Below, in pieces: positions 1-9,248 of a stretch of 28,326 nucleotides of DNA (within the stretch, counting starts at the first letter, position 1; the number at the start of each line of letters is the position of its first letter). Where the stretch lies: assembly GCA_013812385.1 (NCBI GenBank), contig JACCTM010000492.1:1-28326 (forward strand), read 5' to 3'. Source of the stretch: Geodermatophilaceae bacterium (GTDB lineage Bacteria; Actinomycetota; Actinomycetes; Mycobacteriales; Geodermatophilaceae). The notes under the pieces were generated by a model. That model did not search any database. It was not told the origin of the DNA and saw nothing but the letters and a program-made list of their open reading frames with translations. Position numbers and translations under genes: made by a program.

Positions 1-2
1 TC

Positions 3-542
3 GCCCGCGATCGGCCACCGGCCCGGGTGGCGAGCACGACCGACGAGCGGCTCGCCGAGATCGGGGCCGGACTCTCCCTGGCCCAGCCGCGCAGCCGTTG
101 GCGGATGGAACTCACCGACCGAGCCGATGGGGTGAGCATCCTCAACGACGCGTACAACGCCAATCCTGAATCGATGCGGGTGGCCTTGGACGCGCTGATC
201 GCGGTGGGCGGAGGCACCCGCCGTACCTGGGCGGTCCTCGGAGGAATGGGCGAACTCGGCAGCCGGGCCCGAGTCGAGCACGAAGCAGTTGGCCATGAGC
301 TGACACAGCGGGGGATCGACCGGCTAGTCGCCGTGGGTGCCGATGCGGCCGGCATTTATGCTGGCGCGGCTGGTGAGCCAGCCGAGGAAGAGGGGTTCAT
401 CCACGTGCCGGACATGAGCGCGGCGCTGCAACTACTGCGCTCGCAGCTTCGCTCCGGCGACGTGGTCCTGGTCAAGGCCTCCCGCTATGTCGGCTTGGAA
501 CGGCTCGCCAACGCCCTGCTCGAGGAAACCGACCAGACATGA
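3..542 (+). CDS. murF: UDP-N-acetylmuramoyl-tripeptide--D-Ala-D-Ala ligase, C-terminal part (gene starts left of window)
   Basis: Motifs [35 protein letters not shown]. Frame is open from base 3. Stop overlaps the mraY start (ATGA 539-542). Confidence 0.95.
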   Translation, partial: ARDRPPARVASTTDERLAEIGAGLSLAQPRSRWRMELTDRADGVSILNDAYNANPESMRVALDALIAVGGGTRRTWAVLGGMGELGSRARVEHEAVGHELTQRGIDRLVAVGADAAGIYAGAAGEPAEEEGFIHVPDMSAALQLLRSQLRSGDVVLVKASRYVGLERLANALLEETDQT

Positions 543-1624
543 GATCAGTTCTGATCGCTGCAGTGATCGCACTGGCGATCTCCATTCTGTTCACGCCGAT
601 TGCCATCCGCATGCTGCAGCGCCGGGGGTTCGGCCAAGAGATCCGGGTCGACGGTCCTGAGCACCACATCACCAAGAAGGGCACCCCCACGATGGGCGGT
701 GCGGTCATCGTCTTGGCGACCGTCGTCGGGTATTTCGGGGCCTATCTGTTCCTCATCGGCGAAGACGGCCGCGGGCCGACGGCCAGCGGGCTGTTGCTGA
801 TCTATCTGCTCGTCGGACTCGGAGTCGTCGGTTTCCTCGACGACTACATCTCGATCCGCAACCAGCGCAACCTCGGCCTGAACAAGACGGCCAAGCTGGT
901 CGGCCAGATCGTGATCGGTGTCAGTTTTGCGATCCTGGCGCTGCAGTTTCGTAACTCCAGTGGGCTGACGCCGGGCTCGACGGTGCTGTCCTTCGTCCGG
1001 GACATCCCCCCGCTCACCCTGGGAACGGTCGGCTTCGTCTTCTTCGCGCTGCTGCTCATCAGCGCCTTCTCCAACGCGGTGAACTTCACCGACGGACTCG
1101 ATGGCCTGGCCTCTGGCGCGTCGGTGATGGTGTTCGGCTCCTATCTGATCGTCTCGTTCTGGCAGTTCGGGCACGACTGCGCCCGGCTACCGGAGGCCGG
1201 CTGCTACTCGGTACGCGACGCACTCGACATCACCCTGATCGCTGCGGCGGCGATGGGTGCCTGCTTCGGGTTCCTGTGGTGGAACGCCTCACCGGCCCGG
1301 ATCATCATGGGCGACACCGGGTCGCTGTCTCTGGGTGGGCTCATGGCCGGGCTCGCGATCTTCACCCGCACGGAGCTCCTCCTGGTCGTCCTCGGCGGTC
1401 TGTTCGTCGTGGTCGCCATGTCGGTGACTATCCAGATCCTGGTCTTCCGCGCCGGGGGTGGCCGACGAATCTTCCGGATGGCACCCATCCACCACCACTT
1501 CGAGCTGGCCGGCTGGACCGAGAACACCGTCGTGGTGCGCTTCTGGATCGTCACCGGCATGGCGGTGGCCTTCGGACTGGGCCTGTTCTATGCCGATTGG
1601 CTCAGCCTCGCCGAGCTCGAGTGA
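539..1624 (+). CDS. mraY: Phospho-N-acetylmuramoyl-pentapeptide transferase
   Basis: [42 protein letters not shown] motifs; multi-TM; 361 aa. Confidence 0.98.
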   Translation: MRSVLIAAVIALAISILFTPIAIRMLQRRGFGQEIRVDGPEHHITKKGTPTMGGAVIVLATVVGYFGAYLFLIGEDGRGPTASGLLLIYLLVGLGVVGFLDDYISIRNQRNLGLNKTAKLVGQIVIGVSFAILALQFRNSSGLTPGSTVLSFVRDIPPLTLGTVGFVFFALLLISAFSNAVNFTDGLDGLASGASVMVFGSYLIVSFWQFGHDCARLPEAGCYSVRDALDITLIAAAAMGACFGFLWWNASPARIIMGDTGSLSLGGLMAGLAIFTRTELLLVVLGGLFVVVAMSVTIQILVFRAGGGRRIFRMAPIHHHFELAGWTENTVVVRFWIVTGMAVAFGLGLFYADWLSLAELE

Positions 1625-3045
1625 CCGGGCAGCGCAGCTCCGGTCAGTTGCACCATGGACCCGTGCCGTGGACCGGTCGGCGAGTGCTCGTGCTGGGAGC
1701 CGGCGTCAGCGGCCTGGCTGCGATTCGCGCTCTGAGCCGAGCCGGAGCGCTGATCACGGTCGCCGACGAGCGCTCCGGCGTCCTGGCCGACGGCCTGCTC
1801 GCGGACCTCTCGGCTGATCCAGGCCGAGTGCATCAGATCGACATGCCGGCGGAGGTGCCCGGTGAAGTTGATCTCGTTCTCGCCACGCCGGGAATGGGAC
1901 CGCGACACCCGGTGCTGGTCTCCGCACGAGCGGCCGGCATCGAGATCATCGCCGAGCCGGAATTGGCCTGGCGCCTGCAATCCCCCGATGGGCCCGCCTG
2001 GCTGGTCGTGACCGGTACGAACGGTAAGACCACGACGGTGGGGATGCTGGCGTCGATGCTGCGAGCGGCCGGCCTGGCCAGTATCGCCACCGGCAATATC
2101 GGTCTGCCGCTGGTCGAGGTGGTCACCGGGCCGGTGCGCTACGACGTTCTCGCGGTGGAACTGTCCAGCTTCCAGTTGGACCGATCGCCGTCGATCCGAG
2201 CGCAGGCGGCGACCGTTCTCAACGTGGCTCCCGACCACCTCGACTGGCACGGTTCCCTGCAGGCCTACACCGAGGCCAAACAGGTGGCCTTCGATCAGGC
2301 CGCGATCGCGGTGTTCAACCGTGACGACCAAGAGTCGCGCCGCCTTGCCGGCGGTCATCCGCACCCGGTCGGATTCACCCTGGGCTACCCACCGCAGGGC
2401 GCGCTCGGGATCGACGACGGCGTGCTGCTCGACCGGACCTTCGAAGAGGCCACCGAGCTCGCCCGCGTCAGCGACGTGCCGATGCCGGGGGACCACAACG
2501 TGGCCAACGCCCTGGCCGCGGCCGGGTTGGCGCGGACTGTTGACGTACCCGCCGCGGCGGTGGCCCAGGGGTTGCGCTCCTACCAGCCGGGCCCGCATCG
2601 CAACACGGTCATCGCCACCTTGGACGGGGTCACCTACGTGGACGACTCCAAGGCGACCAACCCGCACGCCGCCCGGGCGTCGTTGTCGGCCTACGCCGAT
2701 GTGGTCTGGATCGCCGGCGGGCTGCTCAAGGGAGCCCAGCTCGACGACCTGGTCATCGCGGTACGCGATCGGTTGCGCGCCGTCGTGCTTCTCGGAGTCG
2801 ACCGGGCGGTGATCGCGCAGGCGCTGGCGCGACACGCGCCCGAAGTCCCGGTCATGGACGTCAGCAGGAACGACGATGGGGCCATGGTCGAGGTCGTCCG
2901 GGCCGCGGCAGCAGCCGCGCGCCCGGGGAGCACGGTGCTGCTGGCACCGGCTGCCGCCTCGATGGACATGTTCCTCAATTACACGGCCCGTGCCGAGGCG
3001 TTCACCCGGGCTGTGGCAGCGCTGCCTCGGGGGCGGGCGATATGA
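1621..3045 (+). CDS. murD: UDP-MurNAc-L-Ala--D-glutamate ligase (474 aa)
   Basis: [50 protein letters not shown]. Start reassigned to GTG 1621, overlapping the mraY stop (GTGA). Confidence 0.97.
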   Translation: MTGQRSSGQLHHGPVPWTGRRVLVLGAGVSGLAAIRALSRAGALITVADERSGVLADGLLADLSADPGRVHQIDMPAEVPGEVDLVLATPGMGPRHPVLVSARAAGIEIIAEPELAWRLQSPDGPAWLVVTGTNGKTTTVGMLASMLRAAGLASIATGNIGLPLVEVVTGPVRYDVLAVELSSFQLDRSPSIRAQAATVLNVAPDHLDWHGSLQAYTEAKQVAFDQAAIAVFNRDDQESRRLAGGHPHPVGFTLGYPPQGALGIDDGVLLDRTFEEATELARVSDVPMPGDHNVANALAAAGLARTVDVPAAAVAQGLRSYQPGPHRNTVIATLDGVTYVDDSKATNPHAARASLSAYADVVWIAGGLLKGAQLDDLVIAVRDRLRAVVLLGVDRAVIAQALARHAPEVPVMDVSRNDDGAMVEVVRAAAAAARPGSTVLLAPAAASMDMFLNYTARAEAFTRAVAALPRGRAI

Positions 3046-4385
3046 CACTCGTCAGTTCCGGACCCACGTCGCATGTGGTCACCCGGCCGACCGGAGCGCC
3101 GGGGCTCGGCGACCGGCCGATGACCTCGTTCCATCTGGTGCTTGCCGCCGGTGGGGCGTTGTTGCTGATCGGTCTCATCATGGTGTTTTCGGCGACCAGC
3201 GTGGACTCGCTGCAGGAGAACGGCTCGGTCTACGCGAGCTTCGGCACGCAGGTCACCTTCGCCGTGTTCGGGCTGGTGGCTTTCTGGATCGCCCTACGAA
3301 TGCGACCGACGCTGCTGCGACGACTGGCCGGCCCAGGCATGCTGATCGCCCTGCTGCTGCTGGTGCTCGTGCTGATTCCGGGAATCGGGCAGGAGTACAA
3401 CGAGGCCCGACGCTGGTTCGAAATCGGGCCGCTGAGCTTGCAACCATCGGAGCTGGCCAAGGTCGCCTTTGTCGTGTGGGGCGCGGATCTGCTGGTACGC
3501 AAGCGAAAGCTGATCGACCGATGGCCGCACCTGCTGGTACCTCTCGTTCCTGCTGGTGTCCTGCTTGGCGTGCTGGTCCTGATGCAACCCAACCTCGGCA
3601 CCGCACTGGTCTTCTTCCTGATCCTGTTCTCCCTGTTGTGGTCGGTCGGAGCACCAGCCCGTCTGTTCGTGACGATGGGCACAGCGCTGGTCGCCGCGGT
3701 GGTCGTGATGATCGCCGCCGAGCCTTACCGAGCGGCCCGCCTGACCGGCTTCCTCGACCCCTTCGCCGACCCTGACGGGGCGACCCTGCAGGCTGCCAAC
3801 GGCTTGTACGCCCTGGCCACCGGCGGTTGGTGGGGGGTGGGGTTGGGCAACAGCCGGATGAAGTGGGGTCTGCTCCCCGAGCAGGACAGCGACTTCATCT
3901 TCGCGATCATCGGCGAGGAACTCGGTTTTGCCGGGTGCCTGCTCGTACTCGCCCTCTATGGCCTGCTCGCCTATGCCGGCATCCGGGTCGCGCGGCGGAC
4001 CAACGACGGCTTCATCCGGCTCGCCGCCGCCGCGATCACGGTCTGGTTGATCGGTCAGGCGCTGATCAACGTGGGGTACGTGGTGGGGCTGCTGCCGATC
4101 ACCGGGCTGCCGTTGCCGCTGATCTCCTCGGGGGGTACGTCACTGATCCTGACGATGTTCGCGGTCGGCATCCTGGCCAACTTCGCGCGACACGAACCAG
4201 CGGCGGTGTCCTACCTCAAACGCCGTCGTCGGACGTGGTGGGCACGGGCGGCGGCGCCGGTGCCGCACAGCGCGGGTTCCGAGCGCCGGCAACCTCGGGT
4301 CCGGACAACGCCAGGAAGCCGGGCCGGCGCGGCACCGCGCGTACGAGGTCGCACGTCTGGCCAACCTCGCGGCACGCGCCGATGA
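3042..4385 (+). CDS. ftsW: SEDS-family peptidoglycan polymerase FtsW
   Basis: ARRWF, LQPSELAK, QPNLGT, GGWWGVGLG, LPEQDSDFIFAIIGEELG, GLPLPLISSGGTS. ATGA overlap with murD. Confidence 0.97.
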   Translation: MTLVSSGPTSHVVTRPTGAPGLGDRPMTSFHLVLAAGGALLLIGLIMVFSATSVDSLQENGSVYASFGTQVTFAVFGLVAFWIALRMRPTLLRRLAGPGMLIALLLLVLVLIPGIGQEYNEARRWFEIGPLSLQPSELAKVAFVVWGADLLVRKRKLIDRWPHLLVPLVPAGVLLGVLVLMQPNLGTALVFFLILFSLLWSVGAPARLFVTMGTALVAAVVVMIAAEPYRAARLTGFLDPFADPDGATLQAANGLYALATGGWWGVGLGNSRMKWGLLPEQDSDFIFAIIGEELGFAGCLLVLALYGLLAYAGIRVARRTNDGFIRLAAAAITVWLIGQALINVGYVVGLLPITGLPLPLISSGGTSLILTMFAVGILANFARHEPAAVSYLKRRRRTWWARAAAPVPHSAGSERRQPRVRTTPGSRAGAAPRVRGRTSGQPRGTRR

Positions 4386-5473
4386 CCTCCCGGCGAATCG
4401 TGCTCGCCGGTGGAGGAACCGCTGGACACATCGAACCGATGCTGGCCGTCGCGGACGCGCTGCGCATCGCCGATCCGGGCGGCTCCCTCACCTGCCTCGG
4501 TACGGCCCGCGGTCTCGAGGTGTCCCTCGTGCCAGCCCGTGGATACGAACTGGAACTGATCCCACCGGTTCCGCTCCCGCGCAAGCCCACCCTCGATCTG
4601 CTGCTCGTGCCGGGGCGGCTCTGGAAGTCGGTTAGAGAGGCCGGCCGGATCCTGCGCGCCACCCGGGCCGAAGTGGTCGTCGGATTCGGTGGATATGTAG
4701 CCCTTCCCGCCTACCTCGCCGCCCGTCGAGCACACATCCCGATCGTCGTGCACGAACAGAATTCCGTACCCGGCCTGGCCAATCGGATCGCTGCTCGGTT
4801 CGCCGATGTGGTCGCGGTGACCTTCCCCGGAACGCCGCTGGCCCGTGCCGAAGTGGTCGGGATGCCCTTGCGTCCGACGATCGCGAACCTCGATCGAGCT
4901 GCAATGCGGGCGCAGGCCCGCGCCCACTTCGGTCTCGATCCCGGCCGCCCAACGCTGCTGGTCTTCGGCGGTTCACAAGGGGCGCGCAGTCTCAACACCG
5001 CCATGGCGGCAGCGATGGATGGCTTGCGCGCCAAGAACATTCAGATCCTCCATGCCGTCGGGGGAAAGAATCTGGTCGTCGACGGACCAGGATCGGCGGC
5101 CGGGACCGCGCCGTACGTCGCCTTGCCCTATCTCGAGCGGATGGATCTGGCCTACGCCGCGGCGGATCTGGCTCTGTGCCGGGCCGGCGCGGTGACCTGC
5201 GCAGAACTGGCCGCGGTAGGGCTGCCGGCCGTCTTCGTCCCGCTGCCCATCGGCAATGGCGAACAGCGGCGCAACGCCGAGCCGGTGGTCGAGGCAGGCG
5301 GCGGGCTGCTGGTCGAGGATTCCGCCTTGAGCCCTGACGTCATCAGGGGCGTCGTGGCTGATCTGCTGCTCGACGACAACAGGCTCGGCGCCATGGCGGC
5401 GGCCACCGGACGGTTCGGTCGTCGGGATGCCGCCGGGCGGATGGCTGAGCTGGTCCTGGCCGCAGCCCGATGA
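4382..5473 (+). CDS. murG: Undecaprenyl-PP-MurNAc-pentapeptide GlcNAc transferase (363 aa)
   Basis: GGGTAGHIEP, GFGGY, HEQN, GGSQGA, CRAGA, EQRRNA. Start reassigned to ATG 4382, overlapping the ftsW stop (ATGA). Confidence 0.97.
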   Translation: MTSRRIVLAGGGTAGHIEPMLAVADALRIADPGGSLTCLGTARGLEVSLVPARGYELELIPPVPLPRKPTLDLLLVPGRLWKSVREAGRILRATRAEVVVGFGGYVALPAYLAARRAHIPIVVHEQNSVPGLANRIAARFADVVAVTFPGTPLARAEVVGMPLRPTIANLDRAAMRAQARAHFGLDPGRPTLLVFGGSQGARSLNTAMAAAMDGLRAKNIQILHAVGGKNLVVDGPGSAAGTAPYVALPYLERMDLAYAAADLALCRAGAVTCAELAAVGLPAVFVPLPIGNGEQRRNAEPVVEAGGGLLVEDSALSPDVIRGVVADLLLDDNRLGAMAAATGRFGRRDAAGRMAELVLAAAR

Positions 5474-5520
5474 ACGCCGCCGTCTGATGAACACCGCCCT
5501 CCCATGAACATGGCCACCTG
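5470..5520 (+). repeat. Three 17-nt tandem units each starting ATGAAC, forming two mini-ORFs (MNAAV*, MNTALP*) before murC
   Basis: ATGAACGCCGCCGTCTG (5470-5486), ATGAACACCGCCCTCCC (5487-5503), ATGAACATGGCCACCTG (5504-5520), read directly. Confidence 0.85.
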
Positions 5521-6967
5521 GAGCGCGCCCACGCCAACCGCCGAAGCGCTCGGTCGGGTCCATTTCGTGGGCATCGGCGGCGCCGGGATGAGCGGCATAG
5601 CCCGCATCCTGTTGGGGCGCGGTGCACCGGTATCGGGCAGTGACGCCAAGGAATCAGCGGTGCTGCTGGCACTACGCGCGCTCGGCGCCCGGGTCGTCGT
5701 GGGTCATTCGGCGGACAATCTGGCCGACGTCGACACCGTGGTGGTGTCGACGGCGATCCGGCCGAACAATCCCGAACTGGTCGCTGCGCGCGAACGAGGC
5801 CTGTTGGTCTTGCCGCGGGCGGTTGCACTGGCCGCGGTGCTGGCCGGCCGGCGCAGCGTGGCCGTCGCCGGTACGCACGGCAAGACGTCGACCACCTCGA
5901 TGCTCACCGTGGCGCTGCAGAACTGCGGTGTGGACCCGTCATTCGCCATCGGCGGGCATCTCAACGAGTCCGGGTCCAACGCCCACCACGGCAGTGGTGA
6001 TCTGTTCATCGCCGAGGCCGACGAGAGCGACGGATCCTTTCTCCTGCTCTCACCATCGGCCGCGATCGTCACGAACATCGAAGCGGATCACCTCGACAAC
6101 TGGACGGATCTGCCGGCCATCACGTCGGGTTTCGAACGGTTCGTCGCGACCATCCGGCCGGGTGGCTTTCTGGTGCTCTGTGCCGACGATCCGGGAGCCC
6201 GCGCCCTTTTCGGTGCTGCGCAGGACTGCGGCGTACGGGTGCGCACCTACGGTCGCCGGGAGGATGCCGACCTGCAGCTCACCGACTTGAAGCACGATGC
6301 AGGCGGCACCGGCGGCATCACCTATCAGGCCACCCTGGACCGGACGCCGTTGGCCCGGGTCCAGTTGCACGCGCCGGGTGAGCACATGGCCCTGAACTCC
6401 GCGGCGGCCCTGCTCGCCGGTACCGAGCTGGGCCTCCCGGCGCATTCGATGATCGACGGGCTCGGGGTCTATGCCGGCGTGCACCGACGGTTCGAACACC
6501 TCGGGACCGTGGGCGGCGTACGGGTGTACGACGACTACGCGCACCACCCCACTGAGATCACCGCGCAGTTGCGTGCCGCCCGGTCGGTTGCCGGGGACGG
6601 GCGGCTCATCGTCGCGTTCCAACCCCATCTGTTCAGCCGCACAAGAGCATTCGCCCACGAGTTCGGTGCGGCTCTCGGTGCTGCTGATGCCGTTGTCGTG
6701 ATGGCCATCTTCCCCTCCCGTGAAGATCCGATCCCGGGGGTGTCCGGGTCGATGGTGGCTTCGCAGATCCCGCTACCGGCCGAGCAGGTGCACTTCCAGC
6801 CGTCCTGGTTGCAGGTCGCTCCGCTGCTGGCATCTCTCGCCCGCCCTGGGGATCTGGTCCTCACGTTGGGCGCCGGTGACATCGCGATGATCGGTCGTGA
6901 GGTGCTGACCAGCCTGGCCGACCAAGACGAGTCGGCCAGCGTCATGAATCCCCTGGAAGACCGATGA
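5504..6967 (+). CDS. murC: UDP-MurNAc--L-alanine ligase
   Basis: HFVGIGGAGMSG, GTHGKTSTT, EADESDGSFL, TNIEADHLD, DDYAHHPTE, FQPHLFSRT, TLGAGD. Start could be 5504 or 5510. Confidence 0.97.
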   Translation: MNMATWSAPTPTAEALGRVHFVGIGGAGMSGIARILLGRGAPVSGSDAKESAVLLALRALGARVVVGHSADNLADVDTVVVSTAIRPNNPELVAARERGLLVLPRAVALAAVLAGRRSVAVAGTHGKTSTTSMLTVALQNCGVDPSFAIGGHLNESGSNAHHGSGDLFIAEADESDGSFLLLSPSAAIVTNIEADHLDNWTDLPAITSGFERFVATIRPGGFLVLCADDPGARALFGAAQDCGVRVRTYGRREDADLQLTDLKHDAGGTGGITYQATLDRTPLARVQLHAPGEHMALNSAAALLAGTELGLPAHSMIDGLGVYAGVHRRFEHLGTVGGVRVYDDYAHHPTEITAQLRAARSVAGDGRLIVAFQPHLFSRTRAFAHEFGAALGAADAVVVMAIFPSREDPIPGVSGSMVASQIPLPAEQVHFQPSWLQVAPLLASLARPGDLVLTLGAGDIAMIGREVLTSLADQDESASVMNPLEDR

Positions 6968-7638
6968 TGACCCGTCGCCGATGGCTGAGCGTCGTTGCGG
7001 CGTTGCTGGTCCTCGCCGGCAGTCTCGGTTGGCTGGTCTTCTACTCCAGCGCGCTCGAGGTGGACGCCATCGAGGTCCGCGGCGCGCAGCTGCTGTCCTC
7101 TGAAACGGTCGAAGACGTGCTGTCGATCCCGGAGGGCACCCCGCTGGCCAGGGTTGACCTGGCCGCCGCCGAGACCGCATTGGAGAACATCAGCCAGATC
7201 GAGTCAGCGACGGTGAGCCGGGACTGGCCGAGCACCTTGGTCGTCCAAGTGACCGAACGATCTGCGGTGGCAGCGGTTGACGTCAGCGGCGCGACGTGGC
7301 TGGTGGACCGCTCGGGTGTCCTGTTCGCACAGGTCAGCGCCCTGCCAGAAGGCGTCGTTGCACTGCAGGTGGAGCAGGCCGGACCGAACGACCGGGCCAC
7401 TCTGGCCGGGCTCGAGGTCATCGCGGCGCTGAGTCCGGCCGTCCGGACCATTCTGGTCGGCGTCAGTGCGCCGAGCCGGACCCAGATCGAACTGGAACTG
7501 ACCGAGGGGCGCACCGTGATCTGGGGTGGCCCGGACGGCTCGGCCCGCAAGTCAGCGATCCTGTCCGGGCTGCTGGCCGGTGGAGTGGTCGGCACCGTGT
7601 ACGACGTGAGTTCACCGACATCGGCGGTCGTACGGTGA
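6964..7638 (+). CDS. ftsQ: Cell division protein FtsQ/DivIB (short, 224 aa)
   Basis: Single N-terminal TM, POTRA-like segment (GTPLARVDL...VSRDWPSTLVVQVTER), VIWG and YDVSSP C-terminal motifs; follows murC with ATGA overlap. Confidence 0.9.
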   Translation: MMTRRRWLSVVAALLVLAGSLGWLVFYSSALEVDAIEVRGAQLLSSETVEDVLSIPEGTPLARVDLAAAETALENISQIESATVSRDWPSTLVVQVTERSAVAAVDVSGATWLVDRSGVLFAQVSALPEGVVALQVEQAGPNDRATLAGLEVIAALSPAVRTILVGVSAPSRTQIELELTEGRTVIWGGPDGSARKSAILSGLLAGGVVGTVYDVSSPTSAVVR

Positions 7639-7642
7639 GGTC

Positions 7643-8236
7643 ATGAGCCACACTGCGAACGACTCCATCAGCCGATTTCCGGTACCGGCGCCCGGCGAGC
7701 TGCCGCCCGATCTGGCGCAGCGGATCGCCGAGGTCGCCGACAAGTCAGGCTTCGTCCCCCACATCTTCATGGCTCTGGCCTGGCGTCCGGTGGAGTGGCG
7801 GGCCTTCTTCGCCTATCACGATGCGCTGATGGACAAGGACTCCCCGTCGCTGTCCAAGGCCGACCGTGAACTCATCGTCGTGGTGACCAGCGCGGCAAAC
7901 GACTGCCTCTACTGTGTCGTGGCCCATGGGGCCATCGTCCGGATCCGGGCCCGCGACCCCCACCTGGCCGACCAGGTCGCCGTCGACTGGCGCAAGGCGC
8001 CGCTGTCAGCTGCCCAGCGGGCGATGCTCGAGGTGGCCCTGCTGGTGGCTGTGGACCCAGCCGCGGTTCGCCCCGACCATTTCGAGCAGCTGGCTGCCGC
8101 GGGCTTCACCCAGGACGACATCTGGGACATCGGTTCGATCGCGGCCCTCTTCGCGCTGTCGAACCGGCTTGCGCACTGGGCAGCGGTTCCGCCCAATGAC
8201 GAGTTCTACCTGCTCGGCCGAGTGCGACGCGAGTGA
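7643..8236 (+). CDS. Peroxidase-related AhpD/carboxymuconolactone decarboxylase-family protein
   Basis: ELIVVVTSAANDCLYCVVAHG (E..CxxC..H AhpD-type motif), GFVP, SNRLA, PPNDEFY tail typical of the peroxidase-related subfamily. Confidence 0.88.
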   Translation: MSHTANDSISRFPVPAPGELPPDLAQRIAEVADKSGFVPHIFMALAWRPVEWRAFFAYHDALMDKDSPSLSKADRELIVVVTSAANDCLYCVVAHGAIVRIRARDPHLADQVAVDWRKAPLSAAQRAMLEVALLVAVDPAAVRPDHFEQLAAAGFTQDDIWDIGSIAALFALSNRLAHWAAVPPNDEFYLLGRVRRE

Positions 8237-8601
8237 GCATCGGGCAATCTCCGCTGGAGCGACTGCGGGCGGTCTGTCTGGCTTTGCCGGAGACGACCGA
8301 GCGACTCAGTCACGGCGAGCCGACCTGGTTCATAGGTGACAAGAAGGTGTTCGTGACCTACGCCAACCGGCATCACGACGATCGGGTCGGGTGCTGGTGC
8401 GCTGCTCCGGCCGGAGAGCAGGAGGCCCAGGTGGCCGCGGCACCGGACCGCTTCTTCCGGCCGCCCTATGTCGGTGGACGCGGCTGGCTCGGCGTGTGGT
8501 TGGACGTGCCCATTGACTGGGTAGAGATCGACGAAATCGTGCGCGAGGCCTACCGGCAGGTGGCGACCAGGCGGCTGATCGCGGAGTTGGACGCCGGCTG
8601 A
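8233..8601 (+). CDS. MmcQ/YjbR-family (double-wing) putative DNA-binding protein
   Basis: CLALPETTERLSHGEPTWF, FFRPPYVGGRGWLGVWLD, DWVEIDEIVREAYRQVA; GTGA overlap with the upstream gene. Confidence 0.85.
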   Translation: MSIGQSPLERLRAVCLALPETTERLSHGEPTWFIGDKKVFVTYANRHHDDRVGCWCAAPAGEQEAQVAAAPDRFFRPPYVGGRGWLGVWLDVPIDWVEIDEIVREAYRQVATRRLIAELDAG

Positions 8602-9173
8602 TGCTCGTCGTTTTCGGCGGCCTGCCGGGGACCGGCAAGACAACTCTGGCCCGATCATTCGCCCGGCGACGGCGGGCATCGTATGTGCGGGTGGACGCCA
8701 TCGAGTCAGGCCTCATCAGCGCCGGTCTCGTGCCCGATCAGGCCGGCGTCGGACCGGCCGGCTACGTGGTCGCCAATCGGGTGGCCGAGAGCTGTCTGCT
8801 GGCCGGGTTGGACGTCGTGGTCGACGCGGTGAACGCATTGGAGATTGCCCGCGAGGGTTGGCGCACACTGGCTGCCGACCTCGGCATACCGGTGCTGTTC
8901 GTGGAAGTTGTGTGCTCCGACCTTGACGAGCACCGCCGGCGCGTGGAGCAACGGGCGTCCGACCTGGCCGGATGGACGCTGCCGGATTGGGACGCTGTCC
9001 TGGAGCGGACCTACGATCCCTGGCTCAGCGGTCGGCTGGTGATCGACAACGTCGGGGATCCGCAGACGCATGTCTCGGTCATCGCCGCTGCGGCACTAAC
9101 CGCCCGGCAAGGCGAGGAGTGTAGGGAGTGCGGAGCCGAACAGGCAATGGACCCGGGCCCACCGCGCGAATGA
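8601..9173 (+). CDS. Small P-loop kinase (AAA_33 / nucleoside- or adenylylsulfate-kinase-like)
   Basis: N-terminal Walker A GLPGTGKTT, RVDAIE, VVVDAVN, VEVVCSD...HRRRVEQR lid; TGATG overlap at 8599-8603. Confidence 0.82.
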   Translation: MLVVFGGLPGTGKTTLARSFARRRRASYVRVDAIESGLISAGLVPDQAGVGPAGYVVANRVAESCLLAGLDVVVDAVNALEIAREGWRTLAADLGIPVLFVEVVCSDLDEHRRRVEQRASDLAGWTLPDWDAVLERTYDPWLSGRLVIDNVGDPQTHVSVIAAAALTARQGEECRECGAEQAMDPGPPRE

Positions 9174-9248
9174 AGGAACCGCGGCCCGGACCGTCGACCT
9201 GCGGCGCAGTTCGAAACTGGGTGCTGTGAACCAGCAATACTTGTCGCG

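Noticed and set aside
9110-9173. CRECG in the kinase C-terminal tail as a metal site
   Set aside because: Only one CxxC in a likely non-conserved read-through tail.
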